Source: a virus. Taken from it: a DNA stretch of 41,036 nucleotides. A program made the position numbers and the translations under genes. The notes beneath the pieces are model-generated. The model was not told the origin of the DNA, made no database searches, and was given only the letters and a program-made list of their open reading frames with translations. The stretch lies in the IMG/VR virus record IMGVR_UViG_3300029612_000018. One strand, given 5' to 3'. Of this stretch, positions 1-9,278 are shown one piece after another (within the stretch, counting starts at the first letter, position 1; each line of letters opens with the position of its first letter).

Positions 1-99
1 GCCGAAAAAAGCGAAGATGAGAAAACCGCAACAGCGGAAGAAGAATACAGCTACGATTATGCTAAACGCAAGACACTTGTAAACACAAAGCGTGCAGCG
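1..99. repeat. 99-bp terminal direct repeat, identical to 40938..41036; probably an assembly overlap of a circular or circularly permuted genome
   Basis: Read directly: bases 1-99 (GCCGAAAAAAGCGAAGATGAG...AAAGCGTGCAGCG) recur exactly at 40938-41036. The terS reading frame is continuous across the junction. Confidence 0.95.
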
Positions 100-255
100 G
101 AAATCTCTAAGAGTCTGCTCAATGTTCGTAACATACTCGCAGATTATACGACGGAACAGGACGAAGAGAACGCTCTCGGCATTATCGAAATCCCGATGCA
201 GGAAGTAATGCGACCACCCGAAGATGACGAGCAGGACGGTGAAAGCCTTGAGTAA
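1..255 (+). CDS. terS: terminase small subunit, C-terminal part; the ORF starts at 40563 and wraps across the junction, about 209 aa in total
   Basis: Frame 1 is open from base 1 to TAA at 253-255 and continues the ORF from 40563. It overlaps the terL start at 224 and lies immediately upstream of terL. Confidence 0.8.
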   Translation, partial: AEKSEDEKTATAEEEYSYDYAKRKTLVNTKRAAEISKSLLNVRNILADYTTEQDEENALGIIEIPMQEVMRPPEDDEQDGESLE

Positions 256-1678
256 GAAAGTCATATGGACTCCTCAGCCAAAACAGAAAATAGCGTTGAG
301 CCGTGGCGAAGATGAAATGTTATACGGCGGTGCGGCAGGCGGAGGCAAGACCGATTATCTTGTAGTTGAGGCGGCTCGACAGGTGAATATACCCGAATAC
401 AGAGGGTTGATACTCCGTAGGGCTGTTCCTGACCTTGCACGAATTATTGACCAAACGAGGGCAATTTATCCGTCGATAGATAGGGGCGCAAGGTACAACG
501 CAACAACGAGAGTGTGGACCTTTTCAAGCGACGCACAAATTAAGCTCGGCTCTTTATTTCGCACGAATGAAAAGTACAAGTATCAAGGCCAGCAATACGA
601 TTTTATCGGCTTTGACGAATTAACGCAGTTTACATTTGACGAGTACAGTTATTTAAAATCCCGAAATCGTGGTAACTGCAAGGCGACGAAGGTGTATATG
701 CGGTCAACTGCCAACCCCGGCGGAGTAGGCCACGGCTGGGTGAAACAGTATTTTGTGACTGCCGGAACTCCGGGCGAAACTATATGGCTCAGCGACAAAG
801 TAATTATGCCTGACGGCACGACCAAAAATTATTGGAGCAGTAAAGTCTTTATTACGGCAAGCGTTTTTGACAACAATGCCTTAATGAACAATGACCCCGA
901 TTATGTCAAGCGACTGGCACAATTGCCCGAAGCGGAGCGTAATGCCTTACTCTATGGCTCGTGGGATAGTTTTGAAGGACAGGTTTTTACCGAATGGATA
1001 GATAACCGAGAGCATTACAAGGACAGACGGTGGACTCATGTTATTGAGCCGTTCAAAATTCCGCAAAGTTGGCGAATAATACGCTCGTATGACTGGGGAT
1101 ATACAAGACCGTTTTCAGTCGGGTGGACTGCCGTTGACCAAGACGGCAGATTTTACCGCATAAGGGAGCTGTACGGCTGCAAGAAAAATCAGCCGAACAC
1201 AGGTGTACGCTGGCCAATCGAAAAAGTGGCACAGGAAATTCTTGCAATTGAAAATAATGACCCTCAAATTAAGGGCAGACAGATATACGGTGTGGCGGAT
1301 CCGGCTATCTTTGCAGAACAGGGCAGCGGAAAAAGTCAAGCTGCAACACACGCACAGTTGGGTGTGTTCTGGAATAAGGGCGACAATGCGAGAATTGCCG
1401 GAAAAATGCAGTTTCATTCACGGCTCGCGTTTGATGAGGAAGGCTATCCGATGTTTCAGTGTTTCAACACTTGCACTAACTTCATCAGAACAATTCCGAA
1501 CCTTGTTTACTCGCAGATAGACACCGAAGATATTGACACCGAGGGTGAAGATCATATTTATGACGAACAGCGATACGGCTTTATGACCTCGATAATTACA
1601 CCAAAAGAAGTTGTACTGAGAAATGCAAGGGCATTTGATCCGCTGAATTTAAGTCAGACACGATATTACAACAGATAG
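224..1678 (+). CDS. terL: terminase large subunit
   Basis: 484-aa ORF with a Walker A-like GGAAGGGKT near the N-terminus and a C-terminal nuclease-like region. It lies next to the portal gene. Confidence 0.93.
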   Translation: MTSRTVKALSKKVIWTPQPKQKIALSRGEDEMLYGGAAGGGKTDYLVVEAARQVNIPEYRGLILRRAVPDLARIIDQTRAIYPSIDRGARYNATTRVWTFSSDAQIKLGSLFRTNEKYKYQGQQYDFIGFDELTQFTFDEYSYLKSRNRGNCKATKVYMRSTANPGGVGHGWVKQYFVTAGTPGETIWLSDKVIMPDGTTKNYWSSKVFITASVFDNNALMNNDPDYVKRLAQLPEAERNALLYGSWDSFEGQVFTEWIDNREHYKDRRWTHVIEPFKIPQSWRIIRSYDWGYTRPFSVGWTAVDQDGRFYRIRELYGCKKNQPNTGVRWPIEKVAQEILAIENNDPQIKGRQIYGVADPAIFAEQGSGKSQAATHAQLGVFWNKGDNARIAGKMQFHSRLAFDEEGYPMFQCFNTCTNFIRTIPNLVYSQIDTEDIDTEGEDHIYDEQRYGFMTSIITPKEVVLRNARAFDPLNLSQTRYYNR

Positions 1679-1690
1679 GAGATTACCAAA

Positions 1691-3646
1691 ATGAGTGAAG
1701 TAAAACGAGATGAAAACGGAATGATTATGCCGATAAAAACTACATATCCAGCTCTGGCCTCGGAGAAATCAAAGCTGAGCAATGTTTACGGCAAAGGCGA
1801 TAAGACGACTGATGAAGAGCCGAAATCAGCCGAACAGGCAGAAAAAGAGAACGAGAGCAGCGGCAATCCTATCGGACTTGACGAAATACACGAGGCCATG
1901 CAGACCTTCCGCAAATATCAGAACAGCAAAAAGCAGTATGATGAAAGGTTTAAGCAGGCTTTCAAAGAATATAATCTGCTCTATACAGAGGCTACTGCAC
2001 CGCAGATTAAAACTGACGATAACGGCAGGCCTCGAAAGGTGCTTGTACCGCACCGCAAAGGCGCACAGGCACTTAATGTCATAATGAACAAGCACGCTGA
2101 CGCAATGGATAATTATCCCGAAATTATATGTTTGCCGAGAGCACAGGACGACGAACAGGCGGCTAAAACACTCAACAGCGTAATACCGTGCATACACAAA
2201 CGCAATGGATTTATAAGGACCTACTCTGATGAACAGCTTGACAAGTTTGTAGGCGGTTGCGGTTGTTACGCAGTATTGTGGGACAAGACCGCAGAAAACG
2301 GACTGGGTGACATTGCTATCAGCCGTGTTGACATTTTGAATCTCTTTTGGGAGCCTCATATTGAAAACATACAGGACAGCGCCAATGTATTCTTTGCCCG
2401 ATATTTTGACGAAGAAGGAATCAGAAAGGTATATCCCGAGCTTGAAAGCGTTTCGACTGCATCGCTTGGACTTGTGGAACACGAAACCTACGACAACAGC
2501 AATAAGTCCAATGATAAAGTCATCTTACTTGACTGGTATTACAAGAAGAACGGCGAACTGCACCTCTGTAAGTTTGTTGGTGAACACATTCTCTACTCAT
2601 CTGAAAATGAGGGTAAGCCGATTTACAACCACGGAAAATATCCGTTTGTACTTGAACCGATGTTCAGGCTGCGAGATACTCCCGTGGGTTTCGGCTTTAT
2701 GGATGTAGTCAGAGCACCACAGAATCAGCTTGACGAACTTAAACACGATATGCTTGTGAATATCAAAGTCAATTCACAGCCGAGAATTTACTCAAATACA
2801 GCTGTCGGAGTGAACAATGACGATATGACCGACCTTGACAAGACTGTAATTGAGGTCAACGGACAGTTGCAGGGTAACATTGCTCCCGTCGAATCAAAGG
2901 AGCTTGCCTCAGGTGCATGGAGCTTGTACGACAGATTGTCGAATGAAATCAAAGAAACTTCTGCTACGAATGACGCAAGTAATGGAGCGAGTGCGGCAGG
3001 TGTTACAAGCGGTTCGGCAATTGCGGCATTGCAGGAAGCAGGCGGAAAGGTAAGCCGTGACTCAAACAAGCTGGCACAGGAAGCAATGACGGAGCTTGCA
3101 CAACTTGAAATTGAACTGATGAGGCAGTTTTATAATCTGCCGAGAATTTTTAGAATTACAGGCGAAAACAATCAGACAACCTATGAGGAGTTTGACAATA
3201 CAGACCTTCGGAAACAGCCGTTGACATATACGGACACAGACGGTCAGACGGTAAACTATACAGATGAGGACGGCAACATACTTGAACGACTGCCAATATT
3301 TGATATTGACGTGAAGGCGCAAAAGGCAAGTCCGTTTGCGACTGCCGCACAGAACGAAATGATGATGAATCTGTTTCAAATGGGTGCGTTCAATCCGCAG
3401 GCGGCAGACGCTACGCTTGTAATGCTTGACGGCATGACCTTTGAGGGCAAAGAAAAACTGATTGAAAAAATCAAGCAGAATCAGACCTTGTCGCAGGCGG
3501 TGCAGGAGCTTTCAAATAAAGTGCAGATGCTGGAAGCAATGAACGCAAGCAGAACAGCGGCAGATGTGCAGAATGCTATGCCGAGCGAAAACGCACAGAA
3601 CGCACAGCAGACACCGCCACAGACAGAAAGCAGGGCGGCAATGTGA
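1691..3646 (+). CDS. portal protein
   Basis: 651-aa ORF directly after terL, with RBS AGGAGA upstream. Size, acidic C-terminus and position are typical of a portal; I recognised no specific motif beyond context. Confidence 0.75.
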   Translation: MSEVKRDENGMIMPIKTTYPALASEKSKLSNVYGKGDKTTDEEPKSAEQAEKENESSGNPIGLDEIHEAMQTFRKYQNSKKQYDERFKQAFKEYNLLYTEATAPQIKTDDNGRPRKVLVPHRKGAQALNVIMNKHADAMDNYPEIICLPRAQDDEQAAKTLNSVIPCIHKRNGFIRTYSDEQLDKFVGGCGCYAVLWDKTAENGLGDIAISRVDILNLFWEPHIENIQDSANVFFARYFDEEGIRKVYPELESVSTASLGLVEHETYDNSNKSNDKVILLDWYYKKNGELHLCKFVGEHILYSSENEGKPIYNHGKYPFVLEPMFRLRDTPVGFGFMDVVRAPQNQLDELKHDMLVNIKVNSQPRIYSNTAVGVNNDDMTDLDKTVIEVNGQLQGNIAPVESKELASGAWSLYDRLSNEIKETSATNDASNGASAAGVTSGSAIAALQEAGGKVSRDSNKLAQEAMTELAQLEIELMRQFYNLPRIFRITGENNQTTYEEFDNTDLRKQPLTYTDTDGQTVNYTDEDGNILERLPIFDIDVKAQKASPFATAAQNEMMMNLFQMGAFNPQAADATLVMLDGMTFEGKEKLIEKIKQNQTLSQAVQELSNKVQMLEAMNASRTAADVQNAMPSENAQNAQQTPPQTESRAAM

Positions 3647-3963
3647 TTGAAATAACATTGATTGACAGCGGAAATCTGATATATTTTGAAAGCAAAGGAC
3701 ACGGCTCACATGATGTGTGTGTTGCCGTGAGTGCTTTATGTTCTACATTTTTGCAGTACGTGCGTGAAATGCAGGACGAAAACAATGTGACGATAGTCAA
3801 TGAAACCTATGAAAACGGTCACACGGAATCAGAGTTTTATATTGTCAGCTCAGATGCCGAAGTACGCAATGGCATAAAAGCACTATGGACGGGATTTGAA
3901 CTTTATGCCAAAAATTTCCCCGATGAAATAGATTTAAACTATGATGACGGCAAACCGAAATAA
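3643..3963 (+). CDS. Prp-like (YsxB/DUF464-type) cysteine protease
   Basis: 106 aa, GTG start overlapping the portal stop. The motif KGHGSHDVCVAVSAL resembles the His/Cys dyad region of ribosomal-processing protease Prp (GH..x..D.VC.A.SA). It sits between the portal and scaffold genes. Confidence 0.65.
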   Translation: MIEITLIDSGNLIYFESKGHGSHDVCVAVSALCSTFLQYVREMQDENNVTIVNETYENGHTESEFYIVSSDAEVRNGIKALWTGFELYAKNFPDEIDLNYDDGKPK

Positions 3964-3981
3964 AGTTTAAAATCAACAAGA

Positions 3982-4018
3982 GTTTTAACTTTTTTTGAAA
4001 AATTAAGGTTGATATAAT
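3982..4018 (+). promoter_or_regulatory. candidate late promoter, copy 2 of 3
   Basis: GTTTTAACTTTTTTTG at 3982-3997, then TATAAT at 4013-4018, exactly 22 nt after TTAACT. The same architecture occurs at 22275 and 40490. Confidence 0.6.
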
Positions 4019-4058
4019 TAAAATATAAGGTCGCAGTAGTGGAACTGCATTAAGACCT

Positions 4059-4104
4059 GACACCTCGGAAAGACGAGAGAGAGACACCTCGGAAAGACGA
4101 GAGA
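4059..4104 (+). repeat. tandem direct repeat (2 x 22 nt, period 24) in the scaffold 5' leader
   Basis: GACACCTCGGAAAGACGAGAGA at 4059-4080 and again at 4083-4104. Each copy can form a small CTCG/CGAG hairpin. The RBS GGAGG follows at 4106-4110. Confidence 0.9.
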
Positions 4105-4115
4105 CGGAGGTTCTT

Positions 4116-5159
4116 ATGAACGACAAATTTTTAAAGCTTATCATAAATCTGCATGACGGCGACTCAGCAGGCGCAGCTGACGGCGGAGACGGAAACGGTG
4201 AGCACGGTGAAGCCACAAGCACCGACAACAACAACATAAGCCGTGAAACGAGAGAGAGAGCTGAGAGAATCGGCATAGGTGACGACCTTATCGACGATTA
4301 TAATAAGGCTTTCGGCAACGGCAATCAGAATCAGAACAACACAGAAGGCGAAAACAACAGCACAGACACAGACGCAGACGGCGAAGAAAACTCAGAAGAA
4401 GAGTTTGAAAAGCTGATTAAGGGCAAGTACAAGAATGTGTATCAGAACAGGGTGCAGTCTTTGGTGAAGGACAGACTGTCAACCAAAGACAGGCAGATTT
4501 CCGATATGCAAAAGAAAGAAAATACCGGCAATCAGATTTTTGCCCTTATTGCAAACAAGTACAATGTACAGCCTGATGACCTTGACGGTCTCCTCAAAGC
4601 CGTAACAGAGGATAAGGATTTGTTCGCAGAAAAGGCTCTTGCCGCCGGAGTGACGACAGAAGAGGCACGCAACGACTTTTTCAATCAGCAGAAAACAAAT
4701 GCACAGGAAGAAGAACTTGAAACCCTCCGCAGAGAAAAAGCCGCAAGAGAGCTTGACACACATTTGAGAACAATTGCAGCGGAAACGATGAAAGAATTTC
4801 CAAACTTCAACCTTGAAGAGGAATTTCAGAATCCCGCATTTCGCACAGCACTTGACTTTGTTGCTCAACAGAGGAATGAGCAGAACGAAAAGACAGGTCG
4901 TAATGATGAAATTTATGATTTGACGACTGCCTACAAAATGGCGCATTTTGATGAGTTGCAGAAAGACCTTGTAAAGCGTTCAAGCTCTGCCGCAATCAGT
5001 GCGGCGGCACAGTCAATTCAGAGTGGCGCAAGGAGACCAACCGAAAATGCGGTCAAGAAAAGCGGTACAACCACGCAGAGAAAGAGCGTGGAAGATATGT
5101 CTGACGCTGAATTTGATGCCTTTTATGAGAAAGTAAGACGAGGCGAGGCACACCTCTAA
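4116..5159 (+). CDS. scaffolding protein
   Basis: 347 aa, very acidic with a coiled-coil-like composition, immediately upstream of the capsid gene. The N-terminal leader KFLKLIINLH is shared with the capsid protein. Confidence 0.7.
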   Translation: MNDKFLKLIINLHDGDSAGAADGGDGNGEHGEATSTDNNNISRETRERAERIGIGDDLIDDYNKAFGNGNQNQNNTEGENNSTDTDADGEENSEEEFEKLIKGKYKNVYQNRVQSLVKDRLSTKDRQISDMQKKENTGNQIFALIANKYNVQPDDLDGLLKAVTEDKDLFAEKALAAGVTTEEARNDFFNQQKTNAQEEELETLRREKAARELDTHLRTIAAETMKEFPNFNLEEEFQNPAFRTALDFVAQQRNEQNEKTGRNDEIYDLTTAYKMAHFDELQKDLVKRSSSAAISAAAQSIQSGARRPTENAVKKSGTTTQRKSVEDMSDAEFDAFYEKVRRGEAHL

Positions 5160-5185
5160 TGCCTTGCCGAAAGGAAGGTACGACA

Positions 5186-6274
5186 ATGAAAAGCAAGATT
5201 ATTAAGCTTATTATCAATATCCACGGTAATACGGTTGACGCAGGCGGTGTAAACAAGTCAAACGGCTATGTTTACAATGCTTACGGCAATACGACATCAA
5301 CATCGGGCAATGACTGGACACCCGAAAAAGCTACATATTATCACAAAGTGTTCCTCAAAAACTTGACAGCAAAATGCGTTCACGGTCAGTTTGGTGAGCA
5401 TGACACAATTCCGAAACAGTCGGGCAACATCTACAACAAGAGAGGTATTTCACCATACCCGACTGTTACAACACCGTTGCAGGAAGGCATTACTCCTGTT
5501 GGTAACAAGATGAGCTTCTACTACGTTGAGATTGCAGTCAATCAGTACGGCGCATATACACCGATTACCGACTGGGCAAGTTTCTGTAGCCGTGATGATG
5601 TTATGACCAAGGACAGTGAGGAGCTTGCTTCACAGGCTGGCCGCTCAATTGAAGAGATTGACCGTGAGGCTCTTAATGCCGGAACAAGCGTTATCTATGC
5701 ACCGGCTGTAGGCTCTGACGGTACGGTTACAGAGGTTGCAAGCCGTGCGGCGATTACGCCCAACAGTAAGCTCACTATTGACACCATTTTCAGAGCGCTG
5801 AACTATCTCGAATGTCAGAACGCTGAGCCTATCGGCGAAAACTATGTCGCTGTTGTACACCCGAATGTTAAGTACGACATTATCAGCAACAAGGATTTTA
5901 TCAGCGTAGTTAAGTATGCTCACGCGGAAAAAATCTTCAAGGGCGAAATCGGTACAATCGGTAATGTCAAGTTTGTGCAGTCGAACTTTGCAAAGGTGTT
6001 TAAGGGCGCAGGTGCAAGCAAGATTGATGTTTACTCAACTCTTGTGTTCGGTAAGGACGCATATGTTACTGTTGAGATTATGGGTGAAGGCACTCAGACA
6101 ATCGTTAAGGGCTTCGGTTCAGGCGGTACAGCTGATCCTCTTAATCAGCGCGCAACACAGGGTTGGAAAACAACTCACGGTGTCGGCATTATCGGTCAGA
6201 CAAGAATGGTGAGAATTGAAACAGCTTCAACACTCAACACCGTAGCACAGACAGCTTCTCCGGCTGTAGCATAA
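5186..6274 (+). CDS. major capsid protein (HK97-fold type)
   Basis: Start chosen at ATG 5186 (MKSKIIKLIINIH) behind RBS AAGGAAGG, rather than the ORF-track ATG at 5159. Sequence blocks such as YVAVVHPNVKYDI and GNVKFVQSN look like phage major capsid families. Position is after the scaffold gene. Confidence 0.85.
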   Translation: MKSKIIKLIINIHGNTVDAGGVNKSNGYVYNAYGNTTSTSGNDWTPEKATYYHKVFLKNLTAKCVHGQFGEHDTIPKQSGNIYNKRGISPYPTVTTPLQEGITPVGNKMSFYYVEIAVNQYGAYTPITDWASFCSRDDVMTKDSEELASQAGRSIEEIDREALNAGTSVIYAPAVGSDGTVTEVASRAAITPNSKLTIDTIFRALNYLECQNAEPIGENYVAVVHPNVKYDIISNKDFISVVKYAHAEKIFKGEIGTIGNVKFVQSNFAKVFKGAGASKIDVYSTLVFGKDAYVTVEIMGEGTQTIVKGFGSGGTADPLNQRATQGWKTTHGVGIIGQTRMVRIETASTLNTVAQTASPAVA

Positions 6275-6290
6275 TCGGGAGGTATAACCT

Positions 6291-6749
6291 ATGGCAACAA
6301 CAAAGAAAGCCGCAGAGACGGCAGAAAATACAGAAGTATCGGCAGCGGAAACTACTGCCGATACCGTAACAATTGAAAAATCTCAGCTTGATAAGCTCCT
6401 TGGAATGTATGACGAGCTTCAGGAGATCAAGAAGAGTATGCCGATTGACCGCAAGGCGGAAAAAATCAAGCAGGACAAGGAACTTGCAAAGCTGATCGAA
6501 AAGGCAAACAAGGAAAGTGAAGAACTTGTTGAGTACATTGCTCCGACCGGTTCGATGAAGTCAAACAAGAATATTGAGGTCAATATCAACGGTGTGCAGT
6601 ACACTGTTCCGAGAGGTGTTAAAACGAACATTCCCCGCAAGGTTGCGGAGATTATTGACAACTCAATTAAGCAGGCTGAATTCGCGCAGGGCGTGCAGGA
6701 TAAGGCTGCCGAGATCGCTCAGCAGGCAATTGCCGAGGGCAGAATCTAA
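6291..6749 (+). CDS. hypothetical head-associated protein
   Basis: 152-aa ORF with RBS GGGAGGT, between the capsid gene and a terminator. No motif recognised. Confidence 0.6.
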   Translation: MATTKKAAETAENTEVSAAETTADTVTIEKSQLDKLLGMYDELQEIKKSMPIDRKAEKIKQDKELAKLIEKANKESEELVEYIAPTGSMKSNKNIEVNINGVQYTVPRGVKTNIPRKVAEIIDNSIKQAEFAQGVQDKAAEIAQQAIAEGRI

Positions 6750-6793
6750 TTCAATAACAAGGAATAAATTGTACTCCTTACACAAAATTCGCA

Positions 6794-6832
6794 GAAGGGC
6801 GGGGGCGGTAGCTTCCGCCTTTTTGCGTTTTT
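6794..6832 (+). terminator. rho-independent terminator or attenuator after the capsid operon
   Basis: GGCGG(TAGCTT)CCGCC stem-loop at 6804-6819, followed by TTTTTGCGTTTTTG. Confidence 0.75.
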
Positions 6833-6861
6833 GCGTACACAGATATTAGAGAGGTGATTAT

Positions 6862-7245
6862 ATGACACTTGACAAGGTAATTGAAAGAGTGAGGAATCTT
6901 AAAAGCGGATATGATGTGTCCGATGAGGACATTATAAGTTATATTAATGAGGTAGAAATGGAAATCATCAGCAATGTAATAAGTAATCGCGAAGGCGATA
7001 ATTACATAGTTGGAACATACGGAAACTATCTGATTGACACGGACCGTGACTTTGAACTGCTTGCCCCTGCTCCATACGACAGAATGTATGAGGTTTATTG
7101 TGCGGCACAGATTGACAGGGACTACGAAGAGGCTGAAAGATATTCCGTTGATATGAGTGTATATAATCAGCTGAGGCAGGATTTTGGAGTGTTTTGGTTC
7201 CGAACACACCCACAAAAGAAAAGGTATAACTTTCACATTGGTTAA
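6862..7245 (+). CDS. head-tail connector/adaptor (gp6-like), tentative
   Basis: 127 aa with RBS GAGAGGTG. Size, position after the capsid module and the N-terminal pattern (VIERVRNL...DVSDEDIISYINEVE) are typical of head-tail adaptors. Confidence 0.5.
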   Translation: MTLDKVIERVRNLKSGYDVSDEDIISYINEVEMEIISNVISNREGDNYIVGTYGNYLIDTDRDFELLAPAPYDRMYEVYCAAQIDRDYEEAERYSVDMSVYNQLRQDFGVFWFRTHPQKKRYNFHIG

Positions 7246-7256
7246 GAGGTGACAAT

Positions 7257-9278
7257 ATGCTACCCGAATTAAGAATACCGAGGAGAGACACAACGAGTAT
7301 CAGCGTGTTCAGAGGACTTAACCGAAGTCCGAACACAGGCTTTTCAAGGGTTTCAAGCTCATCAAGCAGTATTTACACAGAGTTCAAAGATTTTAAAAAT
7401 ATGACTTCTGATAAATACCCACAGCTTGCACCGAGAGCAAACCGCTCCCGAATTACTTCCGATAGCCAAATCAAAATCATCTCAAATCTTTTGTCGGCTA
7501 ACTCAGGTTTGATTTATATTGACTCAGACAAAAATCTGCATATCGGGGCAGAGGTCACAAAGATTGATGAGATTGATGCGGCAAAACAGCACCATATTGT
7601 TTTATACGGCAACAAGGTTGTAGTATTCCCCGAGAAATTCTCGGTTAATATGAGCAACAAAAAGGTGACTATGATTGATTGCCGGAACAAAGATTTGAGC
7701 ACACGAGTAGAAACAAAGAGTAATCTGCAACTTGATGCCTTGACATTTGATTATGCATATTTGTTATGTTCAATTACACGTTCATATTATGACGCAAGTG
7801 CGAACAAGAATTATCGACCGAGCGTAACTTTATATACCAACAACGATTTAACCGACGCCAAATATCAGTTGACAAGTAATAAAGACATGGTTGATATATT
7901 CAGCTTAAATGATATTAGGATAGGCACGGTAATTGAGAGTTATAACAACTTTTACTCTGTTATCGGAATTGAAAAGAAGGACAGTACATTTAAAAAGAAT
8001 AGGCTTTTGAATTTCAAAAAGTTATCTCAAAAGTTTAATTATACGACAATAAGAGCCAAAAACATTGGATTGCATATTGAAGTTGGAGATTTTGTTAAAA
8101 TCAGCGGATTAACTGACTCTCTTGTCAGCACAGATGCCGAAAGCTACGTTGATAAGACTTATATGGAAAACCTTAACGAAAAAACTTTCAAGGTTTATTA
8201 CGTTTCCAAAAATGAGCTTGTAATCAAGTGCGAATTGGAATCAAGCGTGCCGTACACAGGTACAGTCACAGTTGAAAGAATCTCTCCCAATTTTGATGAG
8301 GGAAAAATTGTTGAAATGCAAAACCGCTTGTGGTGTTGCTCCTCAGACAAAAACGAAATTTATTGTTGTAAACAAGGCGATGAGCGCAACTGGCAGGCAT
8401 ACAGTGACGGAATCAGTACAGACAGCTGGGCTATGACCTGCGGTAAAGAAGGAAAGTTTACAGGGATTGCAACACGAGGCGACAGCGTTATTTTCTTCAA
8501 AGAAAACTACGCATTAAAAATCTACGGAACAAAGCCGAGCAATTTTACCCTTGCAGAATACAATGTGCCGGGTGTCGCAATCGGAAGCGAAAAGAGCCTA
8601 ATAAGCATTAACTCAACCTTATTTTATCTTGGCCATAACGGTGTATATGCTTATCAGAGCGGTAGCTTGCCGGCACTCATAAGCGAAGAATCTTTGTGGG
8701 GACATACTTATAAGAACGCAGTCGGCGGCAGACACGGAAATAAATACTACATATCTGCCGAAAGAGATGACGGAGAGCAGGAACTTCTTGTGTACGATAC
8801 CGACAAAGGCTTGTGGCACAAGGAAGACGACGCAAAGATGATTGACTGCACCACATACAACGGTGTTCTGTATTGGCTTGACGATACCAAAGAAAACATT
8901 ATGTGTCCTGATAAAGCGGACAATCTTCTTGTTGACAATACGAAATATGAGTATCAACAGGAAGAGTGCTTTGAGTGGTCTGCTGAAACAGGCGACCTTT
9001 ACGACGGCGAATTTAATGTGAAAAATATCGGAAAAATTCGAATCGGCATTAAAGCCGAAAAAGGAGCAAAGGTCAGCTTGTTTGTGCAGTATAAGGACAA
9101 CGGCGAATGGCGAAAAGTATCGGAAATGCTGTACAGCGAGAAAAAGCCGAGAGTATTCGCCGTAGCTTTACGCAGAGCTGAATATCTGCGCCTTAAACTT
9201 GTAGGAACAGGACAGGTCGAAATATACGGAATTGACATTGAGCACAGTAGAGGAAGTGATAAGCGTGGCAACATTTAA
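7257..9278 (+). CDS. virion structural protein, candidate tail hub or nozzle
   Basis: 673-aa ORF following the connector. The C-terminal half has repeated beta-strand-like blocks (GVYAYQSG, KYYISAE, LLVYDTDKGLWHKED, GVLYWLDD) suggesting a propeller-like fold. The call rests on context only. Confidence 0.45.
   Translation: MLPELRIPRRDTTSISVFRGLNRSPNTGFSRVSSSSSSIYTEFKDFKNMTSDKYPQLAPRANRSRITSDSQIKIISNLLSANSGLIYIDSDKNLHIGAEVTKIDEIDAAKQHHIVLYGNKVVVFPEKFSVNMSNKKVTMIDCRNKDLSTRVETKSNLQLDALTFDYAYLLCSITRSYYDASANKNYRPSVTLYTNNDLTDAKYQLTSNKDMVDIFSLNDIRIGTVIESYNNFYSVIGIEKKDSTFKKNRLLNFKKLSQKFNYTTIRAKNIGLHIEVGDFVKISGLTDSLVSTDAESYVDKTYMENLNEKTFKVYYVSKNELVIKCELESSVPYTGTVTVERISPNFDEGKIVEMQNRLWCCSSDKNEIYCCKQGDERNWQAYSDGISTDSWAMTCGKEGKFTGIATRGDSVIFFKENYALKIYGTKPSNFTLAEYNVPGVAIGSEKSLISINSTLFYLGHNGVYAYQSGSLPALISEESLWGHTYKNAVGGRHGNKYYISAERDDGEQELLVYDTDKGLWHKEDDAKMIDCTTYNGVLYWLDDTKENIMCPDKADNLLVDNTKYEYQQEECFEWSAETGDLYDGEFNVKNIGKIRIGIKAEKGAKVSLFVQYKDNGEWRKVSEMLYSEKKPRVFAVALRRAEYLRLKLVGTGQVEIYGIDIEHSRGSDKRGNI

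Noticed and set aside
1826-2482. Long antisense or alternate-frame ORFs inside well-supported genes (for example 1826-2482, 12182-12649, 15966-16514, 18164-18505, 6778-7293, 35959-36262)
   Set aside because: These are shadow ORFs within the portal, giant ORF, connector and ParB-like genes. Their translations are low-complexity or Cys/Phe/Leu-rich. They have no RBS and no intergenic space of their own.
5159-5185. ORF-track start (ATG 5159) for the capsid gene
   Set aside because: There is no RBS in front of it. ATG 5186 has AAGGAAGG at ideal spacing and yields the N-terminal leader that matches the scaffold.
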